Source: Chrysomallon squamiferum
Lineage: Eukaryota; Animalia; Mollusca
Reading direction: 5' to 3'
Assembly: GCA_012295275.1 (NCBI GenBank)
Contig: CM022671.1
Span: forward strand, 6,448,001 to 6,512,000
Length of the DNA stretch: 64,000 nt
Below, in pieces: positions 48,310 to 61,399 of this stretch. How positions within the stretch are numbered: the first letter of the stretch is position 1; the number at the start of each line of letters is the position of its first letter. Position numbers and translations under genes: made by a program. Below the pieces are notes generated by a model. That model worked only from the letters and a program-made list of their open reading frames with translations, did not search any database and was not told where the DNA came from.

Positions 48310-48904
48310 GTATACGTATATATTATAATGTATCAAAAAAATAACTGAGTTTTATTTACTTCACAGGTTTGGAATTCAGGGACAAACTATTAGTATGGAC
48401 TTTGAGAAAATCTTCGAAATGGGATCGCATCTTTATATTGGACTTGCTGGTTTGGCGACAGACGTACAAACTGTATCTCAGAAACTGAAATTTCGTCTAA
48501 ACTTATATGAATTGAGAGAAAATCGAAAAATCAGACCGAAAACATTCATGAGCATGATATCGAATTTGCTTTATGAGCGACGGTTTGGTCCTTTTTTCAT
48601 CGAGCCTGTTATAGCTGGCCTGGACCCCAAAACCAGCGAACCTTACGTTGCATCACTAGATCTCATTGGCTGTCCCATGGTCACTGAAGATTTCGTAGTG
48701 AGCGGCACGTGCTCAGAACAGATGTACGGCATGTGCGAGTCGCTATGGGAACCAGACTTGGCTGCAGATGATCTGTTTGAGACAATTTCTCAAGCTTTGG
48801 TGAACGCGTTTGATCGTGATTGTATGTCTGGCTGGGGAGCTGTTGTGTACGTCATTGAGAAAGACAAAGTAACAAAACGAACTCTGAAGACGCGTATGGA
48901 CTAA
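45480..48904 (+). CDS. PSMB3: proteasome subunit beta type-3, copy 1 (205 aa)
   Basis: Exon 45480-45559 ([28 protein letters not shown]|gtaact) and exon 48367-48904 (cacag|RFGIQ...RTLKTRMD), 618 nt in total. Hallmark PSMB3 sequence. Confidence 0.96.
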
Positions 48905-49123
48905 ATTAATAATGTTTATCATTCGTCGTGAATGTTTTCAATTTAACACTTTAGTTTTGCTTGTTTTGTAGGAAATAATACTAATAATCCTGCTATAAAT
49001 TCAAGAGGCGCAAGAATATTTTTACAGATTTATTGTCCTTTTTTTTATTGTACAATGAGGTAAACATAAAATTATGATTTGGCTTGAAATATATGTGTGG
49101 GTGCGCGTGCGTGCGCGTGCACA

Positions 49124-51029
49124 CAGTAAACTTTGCCTAAGTCGCCACTTTCGGATGTGACGAGTAATTTTTGACGTTGATTTTTGTGGCATATTTAATC
49201 AATTAATTACCGAAGGCTGCACCAGGAAGATACAGTTGGGCTGGTAGGGTTGGGCAGTCCCAGAATCCTCCAGTTAACCAGACTGTTAACAGAAACATGA
49301 CGGGGAAAGGATCAAGTTGGGGGTGGAGCAGAACTATCGTTCGTATGTATACAAACCTTGGTGTGAAAGGGAGAAAACCGAGGACGTGTTAAAGGTTTTC
49401 CATCGATTGGAGGCAGAGAACTGTCGAGGCATCTCACTGTGAATGTCGTGCAGAAGAGAGGCTCAGTTTTGATGAACACTGCACAATGGACAGGACTTTA
49501 ATTATTTTCCAAAACAAATTTATTTATTTGCAACTTGAGTAACTATAAAAAAAAAAAAAAAAACAAAACAAACAAACAACATAACTGTGAACGTAACGAA
49601 GTTAAATACAGTAGAACCTAAATTGAATACAGTAGTACACCATTTTCAAGGGCACCTTAGGAATTGAACTAAACTTTAGATTTGTGTGGGGCTGAATTGA
49701 CAGTCCGTGGTAATGAGGGTGCATTTGTCCTGGTTAGAGAGGTGTCATTTTAGACAAGGTTTTAAGTTGTCCAAGTTGTTTTGTAATCGGTGAAGAAATG
49801 GTTCATGACGTACAAATTCTTGCGGGAATCCTTCGAGAAGAACCTGTCCTTATATCTGGTGATTATCTTTGATTAAGAATGAAGTACATGTTACTAATTA
49901 CAAAATTATAAATTACAACTTTCTGAACAGATAAAAGAAAATTGATTTTGTTCCTCAGATCACTAAAATATTGATAGCTTAACCGCATATAGGAAACTCC
50001 GATTAGTGGGGAAATAAATTCAAGAACGAACGCCATTGATAGTGGTTGGTACGGTAAAAAAATTAATTGGTAATTTAAAACACTTAACACTTAGGGGTTT
50101 TGGCACTGTAAAAGATAAGTGTTAACTTGAAACATTTTACATTTAATAAGAATTTATAATGAATGTGTTTCCAAATATACATTAAAAATATAAGACTTGT
50201 TTCGTATAGTGTAGGCTTTCATTCAGTTAAAGTAATCGTCAGTAATAATCTGCCTTAGCCTTTTTGGAATTTCACGTTGTATGAATAATCTCAGACGGAC
50301 AATCTGCAACTGATGTAGCAAACCGCTTCACAACATCAACATAGCATTGATAGTTTTATTGACAGGTGGAGGAGGATCAACGATTTCAGCCATTGGGTAA
50401 TCGCTACCCATGTCTTGATCATCGGCAATGGTTTCACTGGTATCACTGGACTTGACAACCTCTACGATCTCGGCCTCCGTCATCTCCTGACTCTCAACTT
50501 CTGCATCGACATCGACGTACTCTTCGATTGTTGGCATGGCGTTCTTCCCGAAAACCTGTAGGAGTCTGTCCCAAATATTACGTAACTGTCGGTTATCCTC
50601 TAGATTACCTTCATGCTCATCACCTTTCCTTAAAACAATCAATCCAACTGTCATTCAGTTTTCGCCATCCTCATGACCAAGTTGCTAAGCATTTCACCAT
50701 CGATAGGATGTTCAGGTCAAGCAGCCATTTGTCGAAACCATTTAATTAGCGCAAAGTCGACATCTTCAATCGTCACGTGTTTGATGCATTTCCTACCGCG
50801 TTTTTTTATGAATCGCACTCGTACACGAGGCAAGTCACGTGCATATCGGTCTCCCCATACAAGGCCCGTGTGTACATCCGTGCCTGTAGCTTGACATAGC
50901 GGGTAAATTGTGCGAGATTTTCGGCGACTTGGACATGGATATTTTATTGGAGGTAACCGAAAATCGGGACTTTCGCTGAGGTGACGATTTGTACACTTTA
51001 ATGACTTAAATGCAGACGACTTAGGTGAG

Positions 51030-51037
<8 letters not shown>
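49124..51037 (-). mobile_element. internally deleted, decayed pogo/Tigger DNA transposon
   Basis: Imperfect TIRs CAGTAAActttgCCTAAGTCG and CAGTAAAgctcaCCTAAGTCG. The minus strand has a remnant CENP-B-type HTH (VDFALIKWFRQMAA*PEHPIDGEML...SWIDCFKER, about 50790-50620), an acidic tail (TIEEYVDVDAEVESQEMTEAEIV, ORF 50328-50654) and terminal RQIITDDYF. No DDE domain seen. Confidence 0.78.
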
Positions 51038-51061
<24 letters not shown>

Positions 51062-52084
51062 GATGTGTGTGGATGTGTGTGTGCGCGCACATACATATAT
51101 ATATCTTGTCATCCCATATGTATACAATTTTGAAATATTTGTAATGTATTTCCAGTTTATAATAATTGTTTCACATTTAATAATTCAGTGTAAAAAAGTC
51201 TTAAGATGTTATTCATATAATTATAATAACGGAGATATACATAGTGATTTATATATATTTTAATTTTAATTTACACAGATGTTTATCAGCTTTACATACG
51301 GTTTCGTCGAATGTATCAATGTTTACACTAATATTGATTTGTCGTGGAATAAATACATTTCATACACTTACACACTACTGTTGTGTTTGTGTTTGGGTCT
51401 GCTGATCAGTGTTTTCAAACAGTAGAGAAAGCAGTTAAATTAACGTAACAAGAATCTGTGTTAACATATAACATTAACTTTGTGTTGAAACAAAGCAGGT
51501 TATTGATGTACAAACAAGGAAATATTCTCTGTAAGTGATTTTTTTCCCCCAACTTCATGTTCTTGTAATCCACTGATTTGTAATAAGAAGATAATCCAGT
51601 TTGAAGAGTAGCCAATAACTGTTTGTAAGTAAAGGCAGTCTCATTTATTCATTTATTCATTATAAAAATGCTAGAACAAATTAACGTTTTGTTTTAGTTT
51701 TGTTTGATTTCACATAGGTTTCACCTTCCACTAGTTAATTTGTTCTCCACTTCAACTTCTGAGCTAAAATCAAGTAAACATTTCATTATGACAAGTATTT
51801 CGAAATCATTTATCTTTTTAAAGACCAGTTGTTGTTAAAAATATTTATATTATGAATATGACAATTTGTCAGCACCAATTATATATATATATATATATAT
51901 ATATAATGTTTAAAAAATTATGATTTTACTTGTCTACATTTTATTACATATATTTTATTTTTTATTCCTTAAATAACATGTTCTTTTGCAATATCATAAA
52001 GCTAACTGGATAAAAATCGGTGATGAAATTCTTTTTCTTTCTTACATACTTTTGTTTTGTTTGTTTAATATAAATTCCTTTCAA

Positions 52085-52089
<5 letters not shown>

Positions 52090-52156
<67 letters not shown>
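52090..52156. repeat. (ATT)n microsatellite
   Basis: Trinucleotide run. Confidence 0.9.
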
Positions 52157-52157
<1 letters not shown>

Positions 52158-52423
52158 TTTTTATTCTTCTACATCTTTAAATGTAGTATTTGTTTAATAA
52201 GTCATCAAACAGGGGAAAGCATTCGATATATTGTTCCCCACTTCGAATACTGGCGGGACATGCCTCCCAACGTCATAACTTTTTTTTTTTTTTTTTTTTT
52301 TTTAACATCATTAACGGTTATCTCCCCCCGTTTCATCTTTAATCCGAAAGGAAATTGTTGCAAAAGTGACACGCCATATTTAAAACTTTAATTTTGGTAC
52401 TACATCGAAATATCTTAGTCAAA

Positions 52424-53838
52424 ATGAACATGATTCAGTATAATGGTGCAGCTATCATAGCAATGAAAGGAAAAGACTGCGTTGCTATTGCAGCTGATCG
52501 TAGGTAAGCAAATAATTCATGATAAACATTTTGTTTTCTTCAGCCGACGATTGGTTATTGGTTACGGCCATAATTAATTTTCATGTTTTCACTCAGATGA
52601 TTTTTCTCTCCTCTCTCTCTCCCTCTCTATCTTTCTCCCTTCTTCTTCTGTTTCTCACATTGTATTTATTTATTTATTTATTTATTTATTTTTTATTTTC
52701 AATACTTTTTTTTACACGCGAGTAAAATATGTTTTAGGAAAATCTACTACAAAAATATATTTTTTTATAAAATGTTGTAGATGCAAAGTAATGCTAAAGT
52801 CATTTATTATTTATTGCTATATAATTTTCTATATATACATATATACATTTAATTTTCTATATATATATAATAATTTAATTTTCAGTATATATATATATAT
52901 ATATATACACACACAGTAAATTAAATAGCAATAAATAATAAATGAATATAATCATTTCTTACTGATAAATTCTTACATATTAACAATTTCAGTATTTATT
53001 TATTATCAACAAATAATTATTCTGGCATCATTTTTGTGTTTTACGTCAGAAGGCGTTTGGGAAGAACATACTATATCATACTGTATTAAAACTTATTTCT
53101 TTTTGTTGGTTTATTTTGACTGGATATTATCCTGGTAGCTGTAGATTATTGTTGTTGTTGTCGTAGCAGTAATATAAACAGACTTGTGCAAACGTTAAAA
53201 TGTAATTAGTGATAATTTATTTATCCTTCAGTTAATGTTGAAAGCTGAGGGTGGGGCATAGGCTGGCAGGCATCTAACTTTTGTCTTCTGTTTTGAACAG
53301 GTTTGGTAGTCAGGGCCAAACTATCAGTACAGACTTTGACAAGGTGTTTGAAATGGGACCACATCTTTTCATTGGACTGTCAGGCCTGGCTTCTGACGTA
53401 CTAACTGTGTCTCAGAAACTGAAATTTCGTCTAAACTTGTACGAGTTGAGAGAAAATCGAAAAATCAGACCCAGAACTTTCAAGAGCATGATATCGAATT
53501 TGCTTTATGAGCGAAGATTTGGTCCTTATTTCATCGAGCCTGTTATAGCTGGCCTGGACCCCAAAACCAGCGAACCTTACGTTGCATCACTAGATCTCAT
53601 TGGCTGTCCCATGGTCACTGAAGATTTCGTAGTGAGCGGCACGTGCTCAGAACAGATGTACGGCATGTGCGAGTCGCTATGGGAACCAGACTTGGCTGCA
53701 GATGATCTGTTTGAGACAATTTCTCAAGCTTTGGTGAACGCGTTTGATCGTGATTGTATGTCTGGCTGGGGAGCTGTTGTGTACGTCATTGAGAAAGACA
53801 AAGTAACAAAACGAACTCTGAAGACGCGAATGGACTAA
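52424..53838 (+). CDS. PSMB3: proteasome subunit beta type-3, copy 2 (205 aa, diverged N-terminal half)
   Basis: Exon 52424-52503 ([28 protein letters not shown]|gtaagc) and exon 53301-53838 (gaacag|RFGSQ...TRMD). Same intron position as copy 1, intact ORF. Confidence 0.94.
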
Positions 53839-55399
53839 GTTCATCATCTTCATCAACTCATTGGTTTCAAATTTGTTTAACAATAGTTGTGGAATTTGAC
53901 AAAATTAATAAATTTCTCTTTAATAAAATGACGCGGACATGTTTTTTATTAGTTTGTTACAGCAAGAATCCTACTGTAATTATTACACTAAATGCATGTA
54001 TTTGTACATTTTATGAATATTTAAAAAAATAAAGAACAAAAATAAGAAAAAGCCATAAAAATCCCAAACCCCAAGCAATCTGGGTGGAAGATAATAGCTT
54101 TATTTCTTCAGTTTTAGATCTGTACGGAGAAAGCCGCTCATGACAAAATCAAAACGATATAAAGTAAAGTTTTCAAAATATTCAGTTAAATGTATTTTTA
54201 CGTTCTTACGTGCAAATTAAGTCATTCGTCCTTCTTTTTATTATATCATTTTTAAATTAGTAACAATAATAAAATAAAAATAAAAATGTTATATAATAAT
54301 AATGTGTGTAAACAGAAACATGTCAGTTTGAAAGTTGAAGGTTACGTAATTAAGAAAAAGAACACTGTATGTACATATTTGTCCCAACTGCAACGTCCGC
54401 AGCTTCAACAATATCAAACCAAAATGGCCTTTTCTGCCATAAATGACTTAAGTTTGATTTCTCAGCACTTTATCTCCAGCCAACAAATGATTAATGGTGG
54501 AATAATTTAAAAATCTCTTTTCATATAAATCTATGACGGAACGAAAAAATAGTCTAAATTAAAATGATTGCATTGATAGATTTTACTACAAGACACTGAT
54601 AAACATGACTTTCTATTTTATTTTATTTTATGATTATTTTCTTTTTCTCTTTTGTAAAACAGTCATGATAATTAAAAAAATAAATAAAGAAAGACTACTA
54701 CTAGTAATAGCAATGAACATCAATCTTCGGAGCATTTGTTATTAGTGAAAGGTAGTGACTAGCTGAAAAACAATAGTTGTAAACTGTACAAAGTAAATTT
54801 TGTTCATATGTGTTGTACAGTGAGATGCGTAGGTTCTTTCATCATAGAACTAAAACAAAATGTATTTCTAGATTTCTTAATTGTGGTTTTCTATTAATTA
54901 TTACAGTTAGACAGAATTTTAAAATTAACAGTATAAAAATAATGTAGCCCGAAATCCAATACTCTAAGCTGAATCCTTTTTATACAGCAATAATTTAAAT
55001 AAATTATTTGTTATAATTGTATCAGATAAAACAAACAAACGTTACAGTTTAGTCACTAGAAAATAAAACGATTCAAATTATTATTTCATGTTCTGCAGTA
55101 CTGCACAGGATTTTGTCAAAAAAGAAACGACATCTTTGTCACGAATATTAAAAGTTGCTGGTTATTATATTCGAAAAAGTAAAGGGAAATAAATAGAACT
55201 GGTATTTGCAATTGAATTTTTAATATTATTTTTAAAATTATTAACAGATAGAAAAAACACGTTTCAGGTCATAATTTGTTGTTGATCTAAACAGGTAATA
55301 AGCGAATATCAACCATATTTAAAATCACAATAACAAATAGATTTCTATACCATATATGTATTTTCAAACAGTAATCGATCATATCAGTACAAATCACTG

Positions 55400-55550
55400 A
55401 GAGATCAAATCCGCCGACAAAAATATCTTACACAAAAATCTGAGATAACATGAGTATGGAAAGTCAAAACAATTTGTGTCGACAAACCACCAATGATGTC
55501 GACATCAGCATCTCACAATAAAGTACGTGATCCACAATGCTGAAGTGATT
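55400..55550 (-). pseudogene. decayed duplicate of the Cdc25 last-exon end and proximal 3'UTR
   Basis: gataacatgagtatggaaagtc...cgacatcagcatctcacaataaagtacgtgatccacaatgctgaagtg aligns with 55950-56033. Confidence 0.7.
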
Positions 55551-55634
55551 ACAAACGAAAGACAAATAACACAAATAGATTTGTATATTTTGTATATTTA
55601 TTACTAAATATCACCCGATTAAATAAATACAAAT

Positions 55635-55960
55635 AACTGCCAGATAATACGCTCCGACATAACAATATTTATATAAGAACTGTCAGATAACATCCTCCGA
55701 CATAACAATGTTTTATATAACAACTGTCAGATAACATCCGCCGCCACAACAGTGTTTTATATAACAACTGTCAGATAACATCCTCCGACACAACAATGTT
55801 TTATATAACAACTGTCAGATAACATCCGCCGACACAACAGTGTTATATAGAAATAATGTCAGATAACATCCGCCGACACAACAGTGTTTTATAGAAATAA
55901 TATCAGATAACATCCGCCGACACAACAGTGTTTTATAGAAATAATGTCAGATAACATGAG
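55635..55960. repeat. 44-bp minisatellite (about 7 copies) in the Cdc25 copy A 3'UTR
   Basis: ctgtcagataacatcc(t/g)ccgacacaac units at 44-bp spacing, between the stop (55999) and the minus-strand AATAAA (55602-55597). Confidence 0.92.
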
Positions 55961-55998
55961 TATAGAAAGTAAAAATAATTTCGTTCGACATCAGCATC

Positions 55999-58367
55999 TC
56001 AGAATAAAGGCGGTGATCCACACAGCTGAAGTGGTAGACAACGTCGTCTTCTCTGCCCAGCAGTCCACGACTTGGAACGAGACCGGAAGTGACGTAGATC
56101 TTCACTATGTTCATTGTCAAGCATAGGTACATAGTCGTCAGGTGAACACTGATTCTGTAAATATAAAATAAATATTTATAACACGTGTTACAATACTGGT
56201 ATATTATATTAAATTATGCAATTTTAAAATCAAAACAAGTTCTCACTGTTTTTAAAATGAAGCATATAACCTGTTCTTATACAAAACTGTTTTTTAAAAA
56301 ATTTATCCTCAATATCATCTTCATCGTAATTTTTGCAACGCTGTATGTTTTGAGAACAGCATCTAAATAAAGGTAATAGTTTGATATTTTAATTACCTGA
56401 AACTGGTTGAAGAACTGCTTGTATCCACCACACAGAAGATAGATCTCAGGAAAGAAAAGTTTCGGGTACACGTCACTGTTCAGTTTACGATCCTCGTTTC
56501 TCAGATAGCGTAATCTAAATAAATATAAAACAAATATAAAACAAACTGAAGTAGAAAAAAACAAACAATAAAAAATAAAATATAGAGCTTTTTTAAATAA
56601 AGAAACCTAAATAAAAACACAATAAACTTGTGCATAATTATAAAAACAATATAATTTTGAAATATAAATTAGGTACGATAACAATAGAAAAATTACCAAA
56701 GTTTAATCAATAAAATGTTGTCTTTCCTTTTACTCAGCGGTATATGCCAATTTGTTTTATTAAACGTTTTCAATACAAACTGCAACAACAGATTACAAAC
56801 ACGACTTACAGTTTAGGAGCTCGCTATGAAGAGAATTCACAGTGGAAGATCAGAATGTGCTTCTCACACTGAGTCGACTGTGTTGAGAGAAATGTTTGTA
56901 CATCTTTCTGTGTGTACAAGTTGATAGCTCCCTGAAATTTACAAATATTTTTATTAATACATTTCATATAATTTTTTGTTCAATTAATGACTGACATAGA
57001 AATTAAAATAGCTTATATCAGATAAAATCGTTAATCAGAGAGAGAGAGAGATATTTAAAAATGTACACACCTTAATATGGCCTCCTTCAAACTCGTACGG
57101 ATATCTGCAGTCGACAATTTGAAAACTAGAAATTTCATCCTGGTAGACTCCATCAATTAACTCTGTCACGGTTGTCGGACTGATAGACATCAGGTCTGGT
57201 TTATCTCCACAAACAGTTGGTAAACAATGACTCTGAAAAACAAATCAAACATTATTTTAGCTGAACAAAACAACAACAATAATAATATTTAATAAAAAAA
57301 TGATAATTTTAGTGTCATTTGAAAGCACATATTGATAATAAAACACTCAAAAGATAATATTCGAAAGAGACTATATAGTTTAAGCAATTCAACAATCAAA
57401 AAGATAAAAAGTTATTACTATTAATATTAATGTCATTGTTCTTATTTTCTCAAATGTCTTTATTATTAACGTCAACTTGTAAGTAGGTATTATTTAATTT
57501 TTGTATGAAAATATTTTAATTATTATATTCGATCAGTCACTTCTGTGAAAAGAAAAAACAATAAAGACTCTTTCAGAAAAGACTCCTTCAGATTTTTCAG
57601 AATTACAAATAATTTGTAAGGGAGTTTTAATAATTTATAAATCAACATACCTCAGACCCGTCTCCTGTCAAATGACCTTCACCTTCCATCTTCTGACTTG
57701 AAACGTCATCATCACTGGCTAATTCTGCAAGGCGAAGATGTTTTGAAAAGACGTCAACATCAACATCGTCAACATCTCTCAGTCTTTTTCCAGAAAACAG
57801 ACTTCTTCTAGTAGTGTTGTTGCTATTGTTGTAGGATTTTTTAGGTGACGGAGTGAAACACTGAAAAATGGAAAAGAATTTGTGAAACAAACAGAAATAA
57901 GGATATTACGTTAAAATCACTTTCTGAATTTTACATGTATTAAAGTAAAACAAATAACATGTTAGCACATATAAAAATGTATAATATATAAATATATCAA
58001 TGTACAGTACATAAATGTATCGCATATAAATGTATAGAATATAAATGTATAGTATATATGTGTGTAGTATATAAACCTATAGTTTATAACTACATAACAC
58101 AATCAATAAACAAAAATCTTCTGTTCATTTAATTGCAATAAAACTTAGCTACGTTTTCAGAGCGTTAACATAATATTAAAATTAAAATATTTTTAATAAA
58201 ATAAAAGTACAGCTGACCTGGTTTGTCGGTGAACCGTATCCACTATCTCGGGAATCCTCATCAACCCACTGAAACGTACTGCTGAAGAAGACGTCAACAA
58301 AGTCGTCGTCACGTGTTTTGGAAAGAGGAGAAAAATCGTCGTCAAAGCACAGATTTCTGGACACCAT
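55999..58367 (-). pseudogene. CDC25: Cdc25-family (M-phase inducer) phosphatase copy A, with an in-frame TAG in the active-site loop
   Basis: Exons 58367-58218, 57860-57651, 57232-57071, 56931-56810, 56514-56397 and 56154-55999 (305 codons plus stop). Motifs [20 protein letters not shown] and YPKLFFPEIYLLCGGYKQF are present. The active site reads HCEFSS*RAP (TAG at 56826-56824). Confidence 0.85.
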
Positions 58368-58408
58368 GTTTATTTTCTGAGAGAATTTGCAGGGTGGACA
58401 AACAGTAA

Positions 58409-58446
58409 GAATGATGTAAAATGGCTCACAACTCCACTATATATAG
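58409..58446 (-). promoter_or_regulatory. TATA box plus Inr-like element of Cdc25 copy A
   Basis: Minus-strand TATATATAG starts at 58445, with TCATTC about 33 nt downstream. The ATG is at 58367. Confidence 0.55.
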
Positions 58447-60150
58447 TGAAGAAGTCACGTGATTCTGAGAACTGTGTTCATAGCAAGTTAAAAAAACAGT
58501 TACAGATCGTTAGTCTAATGGGAGCACAGTTCAATGAGAATGAGCTTGAAGAGATTAACAACGGCGTGTTCTATCAGTGAATAACAATCACGTTAAAACA
58601 GAGTGATTTTCATCACAGATGCCGACTGATGGAATCACACAGATTAAGTCACGCACTTGTTTACTTTAGTAGAATTTTATAATTAGGGCTTCCTTCGTTC
58701 TCGCTGTAGAATCGCGTTAAACAACTAATTAACGATATTAATGATAACTAAATACTAATTATAACATATGAAAAATACCGCCCGTCGCTTTAGAAAGATA
58801 AAGCCAAAAGCTTGGATCATAAAATAGAATCTTACTAGCGAAACAGATAATGAAATAGTATATCAAATAAAAAAATGTTTTTGTAACGTATCGGAAAGTC
58901 TTTTAATTTAAAATGCGATTTATGTGTGTTCACAGTTTCTAAGTTTACTTTATTGACTGAAAACTACTACTACTACTAAGAATAAAGAATTTTAAATTTG
59001 GAACTGGAGATGTGTCTTTTCTTATATTCTTCCAATCGTGCTTATTTAGATCTGAGGATTCATCCATCTATTAACATATTTACACATGACTGTCCATCCA
59101 TTCATCCATGTATTTATCTCCTACTATTATCATTGATTCATCTCTCTATATAAAGAATCATGCACCAGTCTGAACTTAATATACATTCATTCTTACAATT
59201 ATTTGTCTATCTTTCTACGGATCACTCTGTCTCGCTGTATATAGCCACACACCATTCAAACTACACCTATCTACATGTATGTCTGATTATAATTCTTGTA
59301 TGCCATTTGTCAGTCTTCTTATATATTTATTTTTTGGTTCAGACGTCATCGATTCATTTCTTTCTCTCCCTAAATACGCCATCCGTCTGTCTAATCTATA
59401 TATTCATCAATATAACTTTAATTATATACATCAGTTCATCTATCCATATATTCATACTGGTATCAATAATATGCATCTGTTCAACTGTAACTGCTCGTCA
59501 TTCTATTAACCCATTCAGCCATTCCTCTAAGTGTTTAAGTATCTTTCCAAACATTTTATCTCATTCCACAGATTTTATTTGTTGATCATCCAGCAATCTC
59601 ATCTACAAATCCGTCCATCATCAGTAACCAACTCTATACATCCGTTCGTCCGTCTCTCACATACACTCATACATACACATACATACACACATACACAATC
59701 ATACATATATACACACACATACAGACACATACAGACACACATACATAGATAAACCGTAAATTAAATGTGTTTGTTTTCTCAAAGGTTTATCTCCGACCAC
59801 CAAATGATTAATGGCGTCATAATCAAATTCATATTTATTCCGAAAAAGGTTTTCAAAATGCTTTTAATATGACTCTACACCGAAACGAGAAAATCGTCTA
59901 ATACCACTTTTTGCTACAATAAACTCTATAACAGATATTCCCAGACATTATGTCTGAAGGACACTTTTGATGATGCCATTAAAGTCTGGAGACCCCATTT
60001 TGAAAACAAATTGATACTAAATACTTTTTAAATCTGTTTATTCAAGAGTTTTTGAATAATAATAAAATAGACATTTATAATTAATGAACCAATATGAAAT
60101 TTTTATACTTGAAGAACAGAATATGTTGTTCTTTTTATATTTATACGTAT

Positions 60151-60181
<31 letters not shown>

Positions 60182-61399
60182 TTTTTTATTTTTTTTTTTA
60201 GACATTATATTTTTTTAATCATTTAATCTTTAGTCTTCTCTTTCTTCCAAATTCAGCATGTACAGCTGCTTACTTAGACATGCCTTAGTATGTCTTGCTC
60301 ATAACATACGACAAGCGGGCAATTCTGAAGAAAAAATTCTAAACTTGGGATGTCTGGTATCAATTATTTCATTTCATTCGATTACATGTCTATAATTTTT
60401 TTATTACTTTATTTTATTTTATTTTGTTCTATTCTCTTTGTTTTATTTTATTATCTTTTTTTTTTTTTTTTTTTATTATTACTTTTTTGGCGCCATTATT
60501 TTATTTTATTTTATTTCATTATTATCTCTTTGCTACAATGTAACGTCTATTCTAAAATAAACTTGTGTTTAACTTTTTTCAGAGAAATATCCTGTAAATG
60601 TCTGAATAGTTTTCTGTTTTTGTAGCGGTTTATATTAAAATAAAATAAAATAACAAACGAAAATAAATACCAATGTTTATGTTTTATCATTAATTGCGAA
60701 AGATAATTAAAATATAAATATATTAATAATAAATGTAAAGTATACGAAGTATATTTTGTCTATTTCTTTTGTACATTTCAAAGGATACGACGGATTTTAA
60801 ATATTATATTCATCATAGAACTAAAGCATTATGTAAGAATTTGTGGATTTCTTAAAGTTTTATTTGATTTAATTATTACACTTTGATTGAATTGTAAAAT
60901 TAGCCGTATAAAAAAATATAACACAAAATCCAGAATTCTACACTGAATACTGTTTATATAACAAACAATTTAAAGAAATTATTTTGATAAAATTATATGA
61001 ATTGCCCATAGTACAGTAAAAAAAAAAAACTTAAAAGATTCAAATTATTATTCGTATTATGCAGGAGAGCTCTGGATTGTCTTAAAAATTAGGTTTTTTT
61101 TTTTTTCTCATTAATATCAAATGTTATTTGCTATTATTTATCACATTTCTAAATATTATTCTCCTTGATATATTTTCATAACTGCATGATTCAAATTTTC
61201 AGTCCATGTTATTATTTATTTATGATTATTAATATTTTTAAGTTATTCATAGAAAGAGATGGCAGTCTCGAGATGGTAATTTGCTGTTGATCTAAACAAA
61301 CCAATTAATGAATATCAAACATCTTTAAAGAAAACAACAAATAGATTTATATATTTTGTATATTTATTAACAAACATGACTCGATCATATAAATACAAA

